DNA of 58,494 bases from a virus (IMGVR_UViG_3300032163_000016:1-58494); one strand, 5' to 3'; shown: positions 20,664 through 28,973, numbered from the stretch's first letter. Numbers and translations are program-made. Notes: generated by a model not told the origin, from the letters alone.

Positions 20664-20834
20664 ATGTATTACCTAATCGCACCTGACGCGAAGAGAGTCC
20701 TCTCGAAAGGCAAGGACTTGAAGATTTTGGAGATGTTCGCGATGGACGCAACAAAGACCGAGACCATCGAGGATGCTCTAAAATCTCTCAATGCTGTAAT
20801 TGTGGTAAATGTCAAACCAACCAAGGAGGAATAA
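20664..20834 (+). CDS. Small hypothetical protein (56 aa, not in the ORF track)
   Basis: GGGAGGT SD; MYYLIAPDAKRVLSKGKDL...KEE*; fills the gap exactly. Confidence 0.65.
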   Translation: MYYLIAPDAKRVLSKGKDLKILEMFAMDATKTETIEDALKSLNAVIVVNVKPTKEE

Positions 20835-20837
20835 GCT

Positions 20838-21884
20838 ATGACAACGCAGAACCCAGAGACCGAAGAACCCGAAGTCATTGAGGTTCCGGCGACCGCCGAG
20901 ACACTTGAGCAAGAGGAATTCTCTCTACTCAAGATCGGGTCAGAGAAAGAATTCACCGAGGCATTGACGAAGGTGGACAATGCCCTGAAGTTGGTTGACC
21001 AACTCAGGGGATTCTGCCTTCAACGTTCAAAGCCGAATGATTGGCTAGACACAGGCGGCAATCCGTACTTCACCGATGCTGGCTGCAATCGCTTTCGCGC
21101 CCCGTTCGGAATGTATGAGCAAGGTGTGAAGATGTGGACGATTGACAGCAATGGGATTCGGAAGGAGATCAATGAGCGCACCGTCTTCGAGGGCGAGATC
21201 GACTTCATCTTTTTCGAGGGAATCATCGGCTCGAAGTTGCTCGGAGTAGAGGCCAGTTTCCAAGGTGGAAGTCGCCCCTCCAAAGAAGATGCCTTTAGAT
21301 CCAAAGAAGACATTCTCTTCTACATCCAGAAGGGCAAAGCCAACTGGAACGGTCGCGGATTCCGCAAATTGTTGGGTTTGGAGAACCTGACTTGGGACGA
21401 TTTGAGCAACGCGGGGATCAACCGAGAAAAGGTGCGGAGAGTCGAATACTTGACCACCGAAAAGGGAAATCCCAAGGAGGCGAAGAAACTCTGGGATATG
21501 CTCCTCGAACTCAACGATGGCGATCCGACAAAGGCGGAGGATTACCTGTTCAATTTAACGAACACCGGCGAGTACAAGGGCAAGCGCAAGCCATCGCAAC
21601 TGACCGCGAAACAAATGCCCTGGATCACCAAGAAGGTTCAGGCGGAATGGGAGAAGCGGTTCCCCGAGAAACTCTCACAGGAACCGAAGGCCGAAGCCGC
21701 AAAGGTCACGGATGATTCCTTCCAGAAGTCCATTGCGAACTTGAAGGCCCATATTGAAGAGAAGGACTGGGCGGATCTGCTCGCGAAGTTCCACATTCAA
21801 GATGTTGTGGAGATTGCGATTGACAAGCGGAACACGTTCTTGCTTGAACTCGGTAAGGCCGCGCACAAGAAGGGAGGGAAGTGA
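20838..21884 (+). CDS. Putative single-strand annealing/recombination protein
   Basis: AGGAGG SD; paired with the downstream exonuclease, the usual SSAP-exonuclease layout. The function is inferred from position. Confidence 0.45.
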   Translation: MTTQNPETEEPEVIEVPATAETLEQEEFSLLKIGSEKEFTEALTKVDNALKLVDQLRGFCLQRSKPNDWLDTGGNPYFTDAGCNRFRAPFGMYEQGVKMWTIDSNGIRKEINERTVFEGEIDFIFFEGIIGSKLLGVEASFQGGSRPSKEDAFRSKEDILFYIQKGKANWNGRGFRKLLGLENLTWDDLSNAGINREKVRRVEYLTTEKGNPKEAKKLWDMLLELNDGDPTKAEDYLFNLTNTGEYKGKRKPSQLTAKQMPWITKKVQAEWEKRFPEKLSQEPKAEAAKVTDDSFQKSIANLKAHIEEKDWADLLAKFHIQDVVEIAIDKRNTFLLELGKAAHKKGGK

Positions 21885-22951
21885 AGATGATTAACCTCGC
21901 GAAAGATTCTCTCCCGACAACGCGGGAACTCGCCGCCCTAGTGGAAAAGTCCGTAGAGGACAAGATCAAGATGTATCCTCGGAATTCCATCTGGGCAAGT
22001 CAATTAGATCATCCCTGCCTCAGATACAACGAATACGGACTAACGCGCTGGAAAGATCAAGCCCCGGTCAATCGCTGGTTGCAGGAGATATTTGAAGAGG
22101 GCAAGGACCAAGAAGAGATCGTGAAGAAGGCATTGATCGAGGCCGGATATTTGCTCCGCCAATCGCAACGACCATTGGTGGAGACCGTGAAAAATAACGG
22201 TAGCGAATCCCGCTACAAGATCAGTGGGCGGCTGGATGTGGAAATCACGCACCCCTATCTCCTGAGAAACATCTGGTATCCCGCCGAGATCAAGTCAGTT
22301 GATTCATTTATGTTCGACTCAATCAACGAGGAGAAAGGAGCCGAACAGTTCCTTGAGAGCAAGCGGTGGTATGTCCGGCAATATCCAGGACAGATCATCT
22401 TCTACTTGTACGCATCGGGCAAGGAACTGGGTCTGATGATCTTCAAGAACAAGTTGGCGCGCCGGATGAAATTCGTGTGGGCGAAACTGGACTACGACAT
22501 CGCCGAGCGGATGTTGCAGAAGGCCGAAGAGATCAACCGAGTCGTGGCTAAAGTAGAGAAGAACCCCGATAAGGCAGAGGACCTGTTGAGTCCCCGCCTC
22601 GAGGGGAATGAGCAGGTATGTTCCAAGTGCTCATTCGCGCATATCTGTCTACCGAGTATGCAATTCGGCGGGACGGAGATCGAACTGGATCCCGAGATAG
22701 AGACGAAACTCCGTGAATGGATTCGGCTGAAAGAGGAAAAGGAGAAGTTTGAGGAGTTAGATGAGGAAGTCAAAGAGCCATTCAAGAAGCGGGGGCCGGG
22801 CTTGTATCTCGTCGGTGGATCGTTCAATGTCAAAGTGAGCACATTCAGCCGTGCCGTGTACAACGTGCCAGCGGAACTCAAAGAGCAATATCGAGAGCAA
22901 GCGACATCGACGCGGGTGGACATTAAGCAATTAGATGGAAAGGCGAAGTGA
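21881..22951 (+). CDS. Cas4-like PD-(D/E)xK exonuclease
   Basis: ASQLDHPC, ISGRLD, AEIKS, QxxxY and CSKCSFAHIC (split 1+3 Cys Fe-S ligands). Confidence 0.85.
   Translation: MKMINLAKDSLPTTRELAALVEKSVEDKIKMYPRNSIWASQLDHPCLRYNEYGLTRWKDQAPVNRWLQEIFEEGKDQEEIVKKALIEAGYLLRQSQRPLVETVKNNGSESRYKISGRLDVEITHPYLLRNIWYPAEIKSVDSFMFDSINEEKGAEQFLESKRWYVRQYPGQIIFYLYASGKELGLMIFKNKLARRMKFVWAKLDYDIAERMLQKAEEINRVVAKVEKNPDKAEDLLSPRLEGNEQVCSKCSFAHICLPSMQFGGTEIELDPEIETKLREWIRLKEEKEKFEELDEEVKEPFKKRGPGLYLVGGSFNVKVSTFSRAVYNVPAELKEQYREQATSTRVDIKQLDGKAK
22406..22537 (+). repeat. 132-bp inverted repeat, copy 1 (inside the exonuclease gene)
   Basis: Reverse complement of 25431-25562 with 3 mismatches. Confidence 0.95.
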
Positions 22952-23033
22952 TTCGAGGCGGTGCGGGAATCGGCGCAATTCCTTGCTGGTGAGGAGGCAG
23001 GATTTGTGAACCCGCGCCGCCGAGGTTACGCGA

Positions 23034-23324
23034 ATGAGGACTCTAATGAGTGGCGGCGAGAATAAGAATCAATCCATCTTCGATTACCTGACGAGTCCTG
23101 AGTTTCGGCAAGGGATTCAAGCCATTGTGGAAACATTCATTGCGTTCCAGCAAGACCTCGATGCAGAAAAACGGGCAATGGAACGCCAGTGGGCGAAGCG
23201 AGAGAAGACGATTCAACGGGCACTTCTCGCTACTGATCGGATACACGGTTCTTTGCAGGGGATACTCGGAACAAATGCAATGCCCGACCTTCAGAAAGCA
23301 CTACCGGAAGCAAGAACGGATTGA
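23034..23324 (+). CDS. Stand-alone DUF2130-like C-terminal fragment
   Basis: YLTSPEFRQGIQAIVETF...DLDAEKRAMERQWAKREK...GSLQGI matches my recollection of DUF2130 C-termini. Confidence 0.65.
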   Translation: MRTLMSGGENKNQSIFDYLTSPEFRQGIQAIVETFIAFQQDLDAEKRAMERQWAKREKTIQRALLATDRIHGSLQGILGTNAMPDLQKALPEARTD

Positions 23325-23331
23325 ACCAAGG

Positions 23332-23640
23332 ATGCCGTTAAATTCCATGAAAATCGCACCACGATTGTCGCTACGGAGAGATGTAACGGCTGTTCGAGCA
23401 ATCTATCAAAGAAGGATAATTCGTCTCAGGAAACGATTTGAGCGGGGTAAGTCGGCGACGGCCATTGCTGGAGATTTGAAACTATCCCCGCCGACGGTAT
23501 TGATGATTTTGAAGTATCCAGATCGGTCCGTTTCACTAAGGACGATGTTGAAAGTAATAAGGGGGACAGAGCGGAAAAATCGTCGCTGCCCAAAGATAGC
23601 ATCATTCCGAGGCGGTATCTGGTGTCAGGATTCGATTTGA
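23332..23640 (+). CDS. HTH DNA-binding protein
   Basis: GKSATAIAGDLKLSPPTVLMIL. Confidence 0.55.
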   Translation: MPLNSMKIAPRLSLRRDVTAVRAIYQRRIIRLRKRFERGKSATAIAGDLKLSPPTVLMILKYPDRSVSLRTMLKVIRGTERKNRRCPKIASFRGGIWCQDSI

Positions 23641-24105
23641 TTGTTCTTTGAGGCAAGCACACAGTTGCTGCTAAGGAACGGGGAACGATTTGTAGAATCG
23701 ATGGTCATAGTTTGACAACCGTTCCAGCGATTGTCGTGCTTGCCATTGTTCTTTGAATGTTGCAGTTGTTTCTGACCAGCAGCAGCCTTTGGATAGCGTA
23801 ACCTATGCCAAGGGTGCACCTAGGCGAAAGCCGATGGTTCAAATACGAGCTAACTGGCGACCAGACAAGCAAAGTGCTTGCTGACAACTGCAACTTAATT
23901 CTTGGATGGCCGTGGTGTGGGAACCTAATCTTGGAGACGGGCATTGGTTGTGACTGAGGATATTCAAGGAACCCAGCAACGAGATTGCAGACCAACTGCC
24001 AGCCACCCATTGATTGTATTCCGGTTTAGCCTTTCGCCGGAGTAAAAGCAAAGGCATTAATCCTCCCTCTGGGCCGCCGTGTACGGTGCGCGGCGGCTCG
24101 GTTTA
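23640..24105 (+). ncRNA. Candidate structured non-coding RNA region
   Basis: No credible ORF; several nested inverted repeats, a GGC-GAAA-GCC tetraloop and a terminal GC-rich hairpin. Confidence 0.45.
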
Positions 24106-24121
24106 ATAAGGAGAAAAACGA

Positions 24122-24793
24122 ATGTGCTTTCTTGAGCCACGGGTACTGCGAATTACGACAGAGCAAAATCGCATACCAGACGCAGTTCTGGTTGACATTC
24201 TGTGTGTGTATGAATTCGCTAAGAGGGAAGACATTCCAGCACTGCCCAATGAGTTGATTTGCAAGCGAAACGGTGACTTCTGGACAACTTGGACAAAGGT
24301 TTTAGACATACGAGACAACAACAAGTCTATTCCACGCAAGGAGGACATCATGAACTCAGACCAAATTGAAACAAGGTGGCAGAGGAGTTACGAAGGCATT
24401 GTTGCCGACCGCCGTGATTTCAACTTGAAGGTGAGGGAAGTATTGGAACTCGCGAGGTCAATCTACGGATATGGCGAATATGACCGCGCCGTTCAGGAAA
24501 TAAAAAATCGGCGGTTGACGATCATCGGACGGGAGAAGCGCAAGCACTTCCCGCTCAAGAAATATCAGATGCTTTTCGGTAGGCAGAAGGGCAACTGCGG
24601 TATCTGTAGACTAGAGCTTGAGGTGGCAGGACCGCCGAATGTGATCGACCATAAAGACGTCAATCGGACGAAGGGATACAACTCCGACAGCAACTTGCAA
24701 CTCGTTCATAAGGACTGTAATGCGGAGAAGGCGGCCAAAAGCATCCCGCAGCAAGCGAAGCATTACGGGGAGACAATGATGGAGTTGATATGA
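24122..24793 (+). CDS. HNH endonuclease
   Basis: CGIC...IDHKD...NLQLVHKDCNAEK; a second strong SD with in-frame ATG lies at 24350. Confidence 0.8.
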   Translation: MCFLEPRVLRITTEQNRIPDAVLVDILCVYEFAKREDIPALPNELICKRNGDFWTTWTKVLDIRDNNKSIPRKEDIMNSDQIETRWQRSYEGIVADRRDFNLKVREVLELARSIYGYGEYDRAVQEIKNRRLTIIGREKRKHFPLKKYQMLFGRQKGNCGICRLELEVAGPPNVIDHKDVNRTKGYNSDSNLQLVHKDCNAEKAAKSIPQQAKHYGETMMELI

Positions 24794-25056
24794 ACCGCAC
24801 CCTGAAATTTTTTGCGCGCCCGAATCCGGTCTGGGGATTCATCTTACTGATGCTGATTGTTCTGGCGGCGTGGCTGATAGCGGGACTAATCATAGAGAAT
24901 CCCATAGTTGCCCGGGTCGCCGTTGCCGCGTTCTTGATTTTCCCAGTGGCATTTGTGGTGAGGGGTCTCGCCCTAACGTGGTACGAAGTCGAAGAGAAGG
25001 TGCGCGGATTTTTTGAAGCCATCAATGCAGAATCAACGAAGAGGGACTGCGACTAA
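24790..25056 (+). CDS. Two-TM membrane protein
   Basis: Two hydrophobic helices; ATGA overlap with the upstream gene. Confidence 0.65.
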   Translation: MNRTLKFFARPNPVWGFILLMLIVLAAWLIAGLIIENPIVARVAVAAFLIFPVAFVVRGLALTWYEVEEKVRGFFEAINAESTKRDCD

Positions 25057-26969
25057 TGAAGTTTCTGGACTGGAAATCTTGCTATAAAGAATCTGGCAAA
25101 AATCTCTGGGTCCCGTTAGCGTACACCCACCCAGCGAAGATGTCTGTCGGATTATGCCGCAAAATCTTCGCGTTTATGGAAGAGAAGGGGATGCTGAAGA
25201 AGGGGAATGTGGTCTGCGATCCCTTTGCGGGAATCTTCACGACGGGACTAATCGGAGCAATGAAGGGGTATCGGGTTGTGGGAGTTGAACTCGAAGAGAA
25301 GTTCTGCAAGTTGTCCAAGCAGAACATCGAGAAGAACCATAAGATTCTTGAGAGGCTTGGTGTGCCCATTCCTGAAATTTATCAAGCAGATAGTAGAAAA
25401 CTTTCAGAGGTGATCGCATTTCGCCAAGCCGTTGATCTCTTCGGCCTTCTGCTACATCCGCTCGGCGATGTCGTAGTCCAGTTTCGCCCAGACGAATTTC
25501 ATCCGACGCGCCAACTTGTTCTTGAAGATCATCAGACCCAGTTCCTTGCCCGATGCGTACAAAAAGTGGAAGGAATTGTGACAAGTCCACCATTTTCAAT
25601 GGCGAATTGCCAACCGGTTAGTTCGACGGTATTAGGATCGGGACAAGGAGTGCGGAGTAAATATAAGGAAATTGGTAAACGACCCGATGATAATTTGGGT
25701 GGAACCAAAGGACAGATTGCAATTTTGAAGGAAGGGTCCATCTCCGCCGTTCTGACAAGCCCGCCGTACGCAGATACTCCGACAAGCGCACAAAATGTTG
25801 GGAACACAATCAAGAAGAATTGGGGCAAGGGCAGAAGGCTTGTTGATGACAAAGAACCAAACTATGGAATGGAAGTTGGTCAAATCGGTTCTCTCAAAGA
25901 CAAAGGCATCGACGCCGTTATCACCTCGCCGCCCTATGCTGAGATACGACAGGATGGAGGTTCTACGAGACCCGGGTACACCGGCATGACGCCTTACAGC
26001 GGTGAACCCCGAAATGCTTGGCGAACGACTCGCAATCAAGAGAACATTGGCAATGTGCCCGAGGGCGATGTTGATAGTGTGATAGGAGGAACAACATGCG
26101 ATACTGTGAAGATTGTGGGAAATCAGTTGGTCCCCAAAGTAGATGGTGCAAGAAATGTTATCGATACCACATCGGGAGGCCGGGAGTCCCCAAGACAGAA
26201 GAACATAAGCGGAAGATCGGACTTGGACATCTCAACATCGCAGATCCGTTGCACTACGCCGACAAAAACAAGAATTGGAAAGGTGGAGATGAGAGGTGGA
26301 GGGGATTCGCGTGGAGAATCCAAAGACGTAAAGCACTCGCCCACGACAACTATCAATGCCGAAAATGTGGAGCACGAGAGTATCTCGTTGTCCATCACAA
26401 GAAAGACAAAACCCAAACAGGAGGGGAGTGGGACAACTCGATTGAAAACCTTGAAACACTCTGTCGAACCTGTCACAACCAGCATCACAGCAAGGACGAA
26501 AGAATCTACAGAATTAAATGCAAAGTTTGTGGCAACTATTACACTAGTAGAAGCGCGGTTCCAGGAGCCTGCTCCCGTAAGTGCAGGACAAAACTCAACA
26601 CAGCCAAGCACAGAAAATGGGTTCAAAAGAAACGAGCCGCCGACATATTGGTCGGAGATGGCCAAAATATATCTTGAATGCTGGAAGATTTTGAAACCTA
26701 ACGGGTATATGGCAATCACAGTTAAGGACTTTGTACGCGCAAAAAAGCGCGTACCCCTATGCGACAATACCGTGAAGTTGCTTGAGCATCTTGGATTCAA
26801 AGTCGAATACCGTGCCCGTGCTTGGTTGACTGAGGATTTAGGAACCCCCGATGCCTTCACGGGAAGGACCAAGAGCAAACAAAGGAAGTCATTTTTCAGA
26901 AGGCTGGCAGAAAGTAAAGGCAGTCCGAGGATAGATTGGGAGGAGGTTCTGATATGCCAGAAGATTTAA
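25056..26969 (+). CDS. Amino (N4C/N6A) DNA methyltransferase with triplicated SPP(Y/F) modules and two in-frame insertions
   Basis: HPAKM, DPFAGIFTTG and GVELE; TSPPF/TSPPY/TSPPY; C-terminal YWSEMAKIYLECWKILKPNG. Confidence 0.8.
   Translation: MKFLDWKSCYKESGKNLWVPLAYTHPAKMSVGLCRKIFAFMEEKGMLKKGNVVCDPFAGIFTTGLIGAMKGYRVVGVELEEKFCKLSKQNIEKNHKILERLGVPIPEIYQADSRKLSEVIAFRQAVDLFGLLLHPLGDVVVQFRPDEFHPTRQLVLEDHQTQFLARCVQKVEGIVTSPPFSMANCQPVSSTVLGSGQGVRSKYKEIGKRPDDNLGGTKGQIAILKEGSISAVLTSPPYADTPTSAQNVGNTIKKNWGKGRRLVDDKEPNYGMEVGQIGSLKDKGIDAVITSPPYAEIRQDGGSTRPGYTGMTPYSGEPRNAWRTTRNQENIGNVPEGDVDSVIGGTTCDTVKIVGNQLVPKVDGARNVIDTTSGGRESPRQKNISGRSDLDISTSQIRCTTPTKTRIGKVEMRGGGDSRGESKDVKHSPTTTINAENVEHESISLSITRKTKPKQEGSGTTRLKTLKHSVEPVTTSITARTKESTELNAKFVATITLVEARFQEPAPVSAGQNSTQPSTENGFKRNEPPTYWSEMAKIYLECWKILKPNGYMAITVKDFVRAKKRVPLCDNTVKLLEHLGFKVEYRARAWLTEDLGTPDAFTGRTKSKQRKSFFRRLAESKGSPRIDWEEVLICQKI
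25431..25562 (-). repeat. 132-bp inverted repeat, copy 2 (antisense exonuclease fragment inside the MTase gene)
   Basis: 129/132 identical to the reverse complement of 22406-22537. Confidence 0.95.
26096..26677 (+). CDS. HNH homing endonuclease nested in an alternative frame of the MTase
   Basis: AGGAGG SD at 26084-26089; Zn fingers; NUMOD3-like KTEEHKRKI; NWKGG; CRKC...VHH...NSIENLETLCRTCH. Confidence 0.85.
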   Translation: MRYCEDCGKSVGPQSRWCKKCYRYHIGRPGVPKTEEHKRKIGLGHLNIADPLHYADKNKNWKGGDERWRGFAWRIQRRKALAHDNYQCRKCGAREYLVVHHKKDKTQTGGEWDNSIENLETLCRTCHNQHHSKDERIYRIKCKVCGNYYTSRSAVPGACSRKCRTKLNTAKHRKWVQKKRAADILVGDGQNIS

Positions 26970-27308
26970 TTTCGCTCTACGAATCAGGGAAAAGTGTGCG
27001 AAACATCTCAGAACTCAAATGAGTACGGGTACAAGTCACCTATTGGCAAAGGCAACCGTCGTGACCAATACTGGTGGAATGTTTCACCAGAAGGATTACG
27101 GTGGTTGTTGCCGCAGGTTCTTCCGTACCTGCTAGTAAAGAAAAAACACGCGGAGATTGTTCTCGAACTTCTGAGCAAAAACAGCAGAAGCAAGAGACTT
27201 CCGAATGAAAGAAAGATGGAGCTGCGAGATGAAATCCGACGACTTAATATCAAAGGACGTAAACAATCTGAGGAAGAAGTGATCTTCGTACAGAAGGCAA
27301 CAGATTAG
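26954..27308 (+). pseudogene. Degenerate LAGLIDADG-type homing endonuclease remnant
   Basis: A short ORF MPEDLISLYESGKSVRNISELK* (HTH-like, GGAGG SD) is followed in another frame by YWWNVS...LLPQVLPYLLVKKKHAEIVLE, like a LAGLIDADG C-terminal half. Confidence 0.55.
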
Positions 27309-27491
27309 ATGTCCCTCGCTCAGATCATATTACTGGGTCTCAATTCGCGCAAGACTCCGCCAGTCAGGATAAAACAATGCGACGGCTGCGGCAGATGGCG
27401 ACCAATAAGTTGGTTCTATGACCGCGACAAGAAGAAGGCGAAGGTTCGGTGCAAGAAATGCTTATCGGGAATCCAAAAGAAGAAGAACTGA
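27309..27491 (+). CDS. Small Zn-finger protein
   Basis: CDGC...CKKC. Confidence 0.55.
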   Translation: MSLAQIILLGLNSRKTPPVRIKQCDGCGRWRPISWFYDRDKKKAKVRCKKCLSGIQKKKN

Positions 27492-27847
27492 TGACCGAAA
27501 CCACGATAAAGGTATTTGAGTATCTCATCGACAGGGAAGGGTTTGTGCCAGCGATTGACTTGGCGAAAGCACTTGGGTACAAGAACGAGCGCCCATTGCG
27601 CGCCATAGGAACGACCATAGGTGTATTAGACAGGGCGAGCCGTGAGATATTTGAAGACAGGGGTTGGGTACTCATCACAAGGATGCGTGAGCCCTCGGGC
27701 GTGAAACTTAGTAAAGACCCCGAAGAAATCGCTGCCGCAAAGGAACAGTGGGTAAAATGGTTCTGGCCGATAAAGAAGAACAAGATTGATTTCTACGAAA
27801 GATGCGAACGCACGTTAAGAAGCAAGCAGATGGAGTTGGCCGTATGA
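27491..27847 (+). CDS. Winged-HTH-like protein
   Basis: VFEYLIDREGFVPAIDLAKALG; TGATG coupling with the upstream gene. Confidence 0.55.
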   Translation: MTETTIKVFEYLIDREGFVPAIDLAKALGYKNERPLRAIGTTIGVLDRASREIFEDRGWVLITRMREPSGVKLSKDPEEIAAAKEQWVKWFWPIKKNKIDFYERCERTLRSKQMELAV

Positions 27848-27949
27848 GCGTCATTTTGCCGATTGTTAGGCGTTCGATGCTCTATTGATTTCGCGGCAAC
27901 GGCCAAAGTGTCGGGTAGTAGACTCCTATACATTAGGAGGGCACAAATT

Positions 27950-28201
27950 ATGGCATACAAAGGAAGTTCGCTCGGTCGACGTTCGCAAGGACGGACACAT
28001 AATCCAACCTCGATAGAAAAACAAGGTGCACCGTTGCGTAGGATTGTTGAGGTGATGGAATCATCTAAGAATATCTTCCAACCCTCATACGTCAGATTGG
28101 ATTGCGGACATACAGCATATACTTACTCACGGTTCAACGTGAGGGCGCGGTGCGCCGAATGCAAAGTGGCCGTTGCCGCTACAAAAAGCACTGACGCCTA
28201 A
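27950..28201 (+). CDS. Cassette gene, small Zn-binding hypothetical protein
   Basis: AGGAGG SD; LDCGH...CAEC; the stop codon lies within the CCTAAC box. Confidence 0.7.
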   Translation: MAYKGSSLGRRSQGRTHNPTSIEKQGAPLRRIVEVMESSKNIFQPSYVRLDCGHTAYTYSRFNVRARCAECKVAVAATKSTDA

Positions 28202-28337
28202 CGTTCGCGGCAAAACGCAGCGAGCGAACCAACTGACAGAAAGCTAAAAACAATGAGCGAGTTGAGCGACAAAACCGAATTAAACCAGTGGAGCGGAGTT
28301 TTGCCGATTGTTATGTGCCGTGCCCGCAGAAGGATTT

Positions 28338-28973
28338 ATGATTGAACCATATTACTCTGAGGATGGGATCACGTTGTATTGTGCAAGAGCGGAGGATGTT
28401 TTGCCGCAACTATCTGAGAAAAGCGTGGACTTTGGATTTGCAGACCCACCCTATGGAATTGAGAAAGCAGAGTGGGATTGTCGGTATCCGGAATGGTGGT
28501 TTGAGCGGGAGCTATTGCGCGTATGTACGCGGGGTGTGGCGGTGACTCCGGGGCAGGATAACATTGCGACTTGCATTATGAGAATGGGGAATGATTACAG
28601 AGGAATTCATTTTGCGAGGAATTTGAACGGAATGACGTTTGGCGGGATAGGTTTCGAGAACTTTATTGCTGCGGTAATAGGAGGAGAAGCACGGCGCGGG
28701 ATGAGTTACTTTGATTTTGTGGTGCGGGGAGAGAAGCCCAAACATCCTTCGCCAAAACCGACCGAGTATATGGCGAAATTGCTTGAGAGATTCACGGAAG
28801 AGAAAGAAATTGTGATAGATTGCTTTGTGGGCAGCGGTACTACTCTTGTTGCGGCAAAACGTCTTGGGCGTAAGGCGGTTGGGATTGAGATGAGCGAGGC
28901 ATACTGCAAAATAGCAGTACAAAGGTTGAGTCAAAAAGAACTCTTCGGAATTGAGAACGGGCATGGCATATAA
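28338..28973 (+). CDS. Cassette gene, beta-class N6A/N4C DNA methyltransferase
   Basis: ADPPY, HPSPKP, DCFVGSGTT and GIE; the stop codon lies within the ATAAC box. Confidence 0.9.
   Translation: MIEPYYSEDGITLYCARAEDVLPQLSEKSVDFGFADPPYGIEKAEWDCRYPEWWFERELLRVCTRGVAVTPGQDNIATCIMRMGNDYRGIHFARNLNGMTFGGIGFENFIAAVIGGEARRGMSYFDFVVRGEKPKHPSPKPTEYMAKLLERFTEEKEIVIDCFVGSGTTLVAAKRLGRKAVGIEMSEAYCKIAVQRLSQKELFGIENGHGI

Noticed and set aside
21881-22951. CRISPR-Cas adaptation module
   Set aside because: The Cas4-like nuclease stands alone in a recombination context; no cas1, cas2 or array was seen.
23830-23860. tRNA suggested by a GGTTCAAAT T-loop-like motif
   Set aside because: I could not build an acceptor stem, D-arm and anticodon arm with tRNA spacing.
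24122-24793. IscB/Cas9-like RNA-guided nuclease next to a structured RNA
   Set aside because: No PLMP motif or split RuvC motifs; only a C-terminal HNH is visible.
26085-26640. Intein or group I intron explaining the MTase insertion
   Set aside because: No C-terminal HN-C/S/T junction in the MTase frame and no recognisable intron core. The HNH is in another frame with its own SD. Splicing is not formally excluded without RNA data.
26123-26878. 251-aa minus-strand ORF making the region triple-coding
   Set aside because: No motifs or clear SD; most likely a shadow of the two constrained plus-strand frames.
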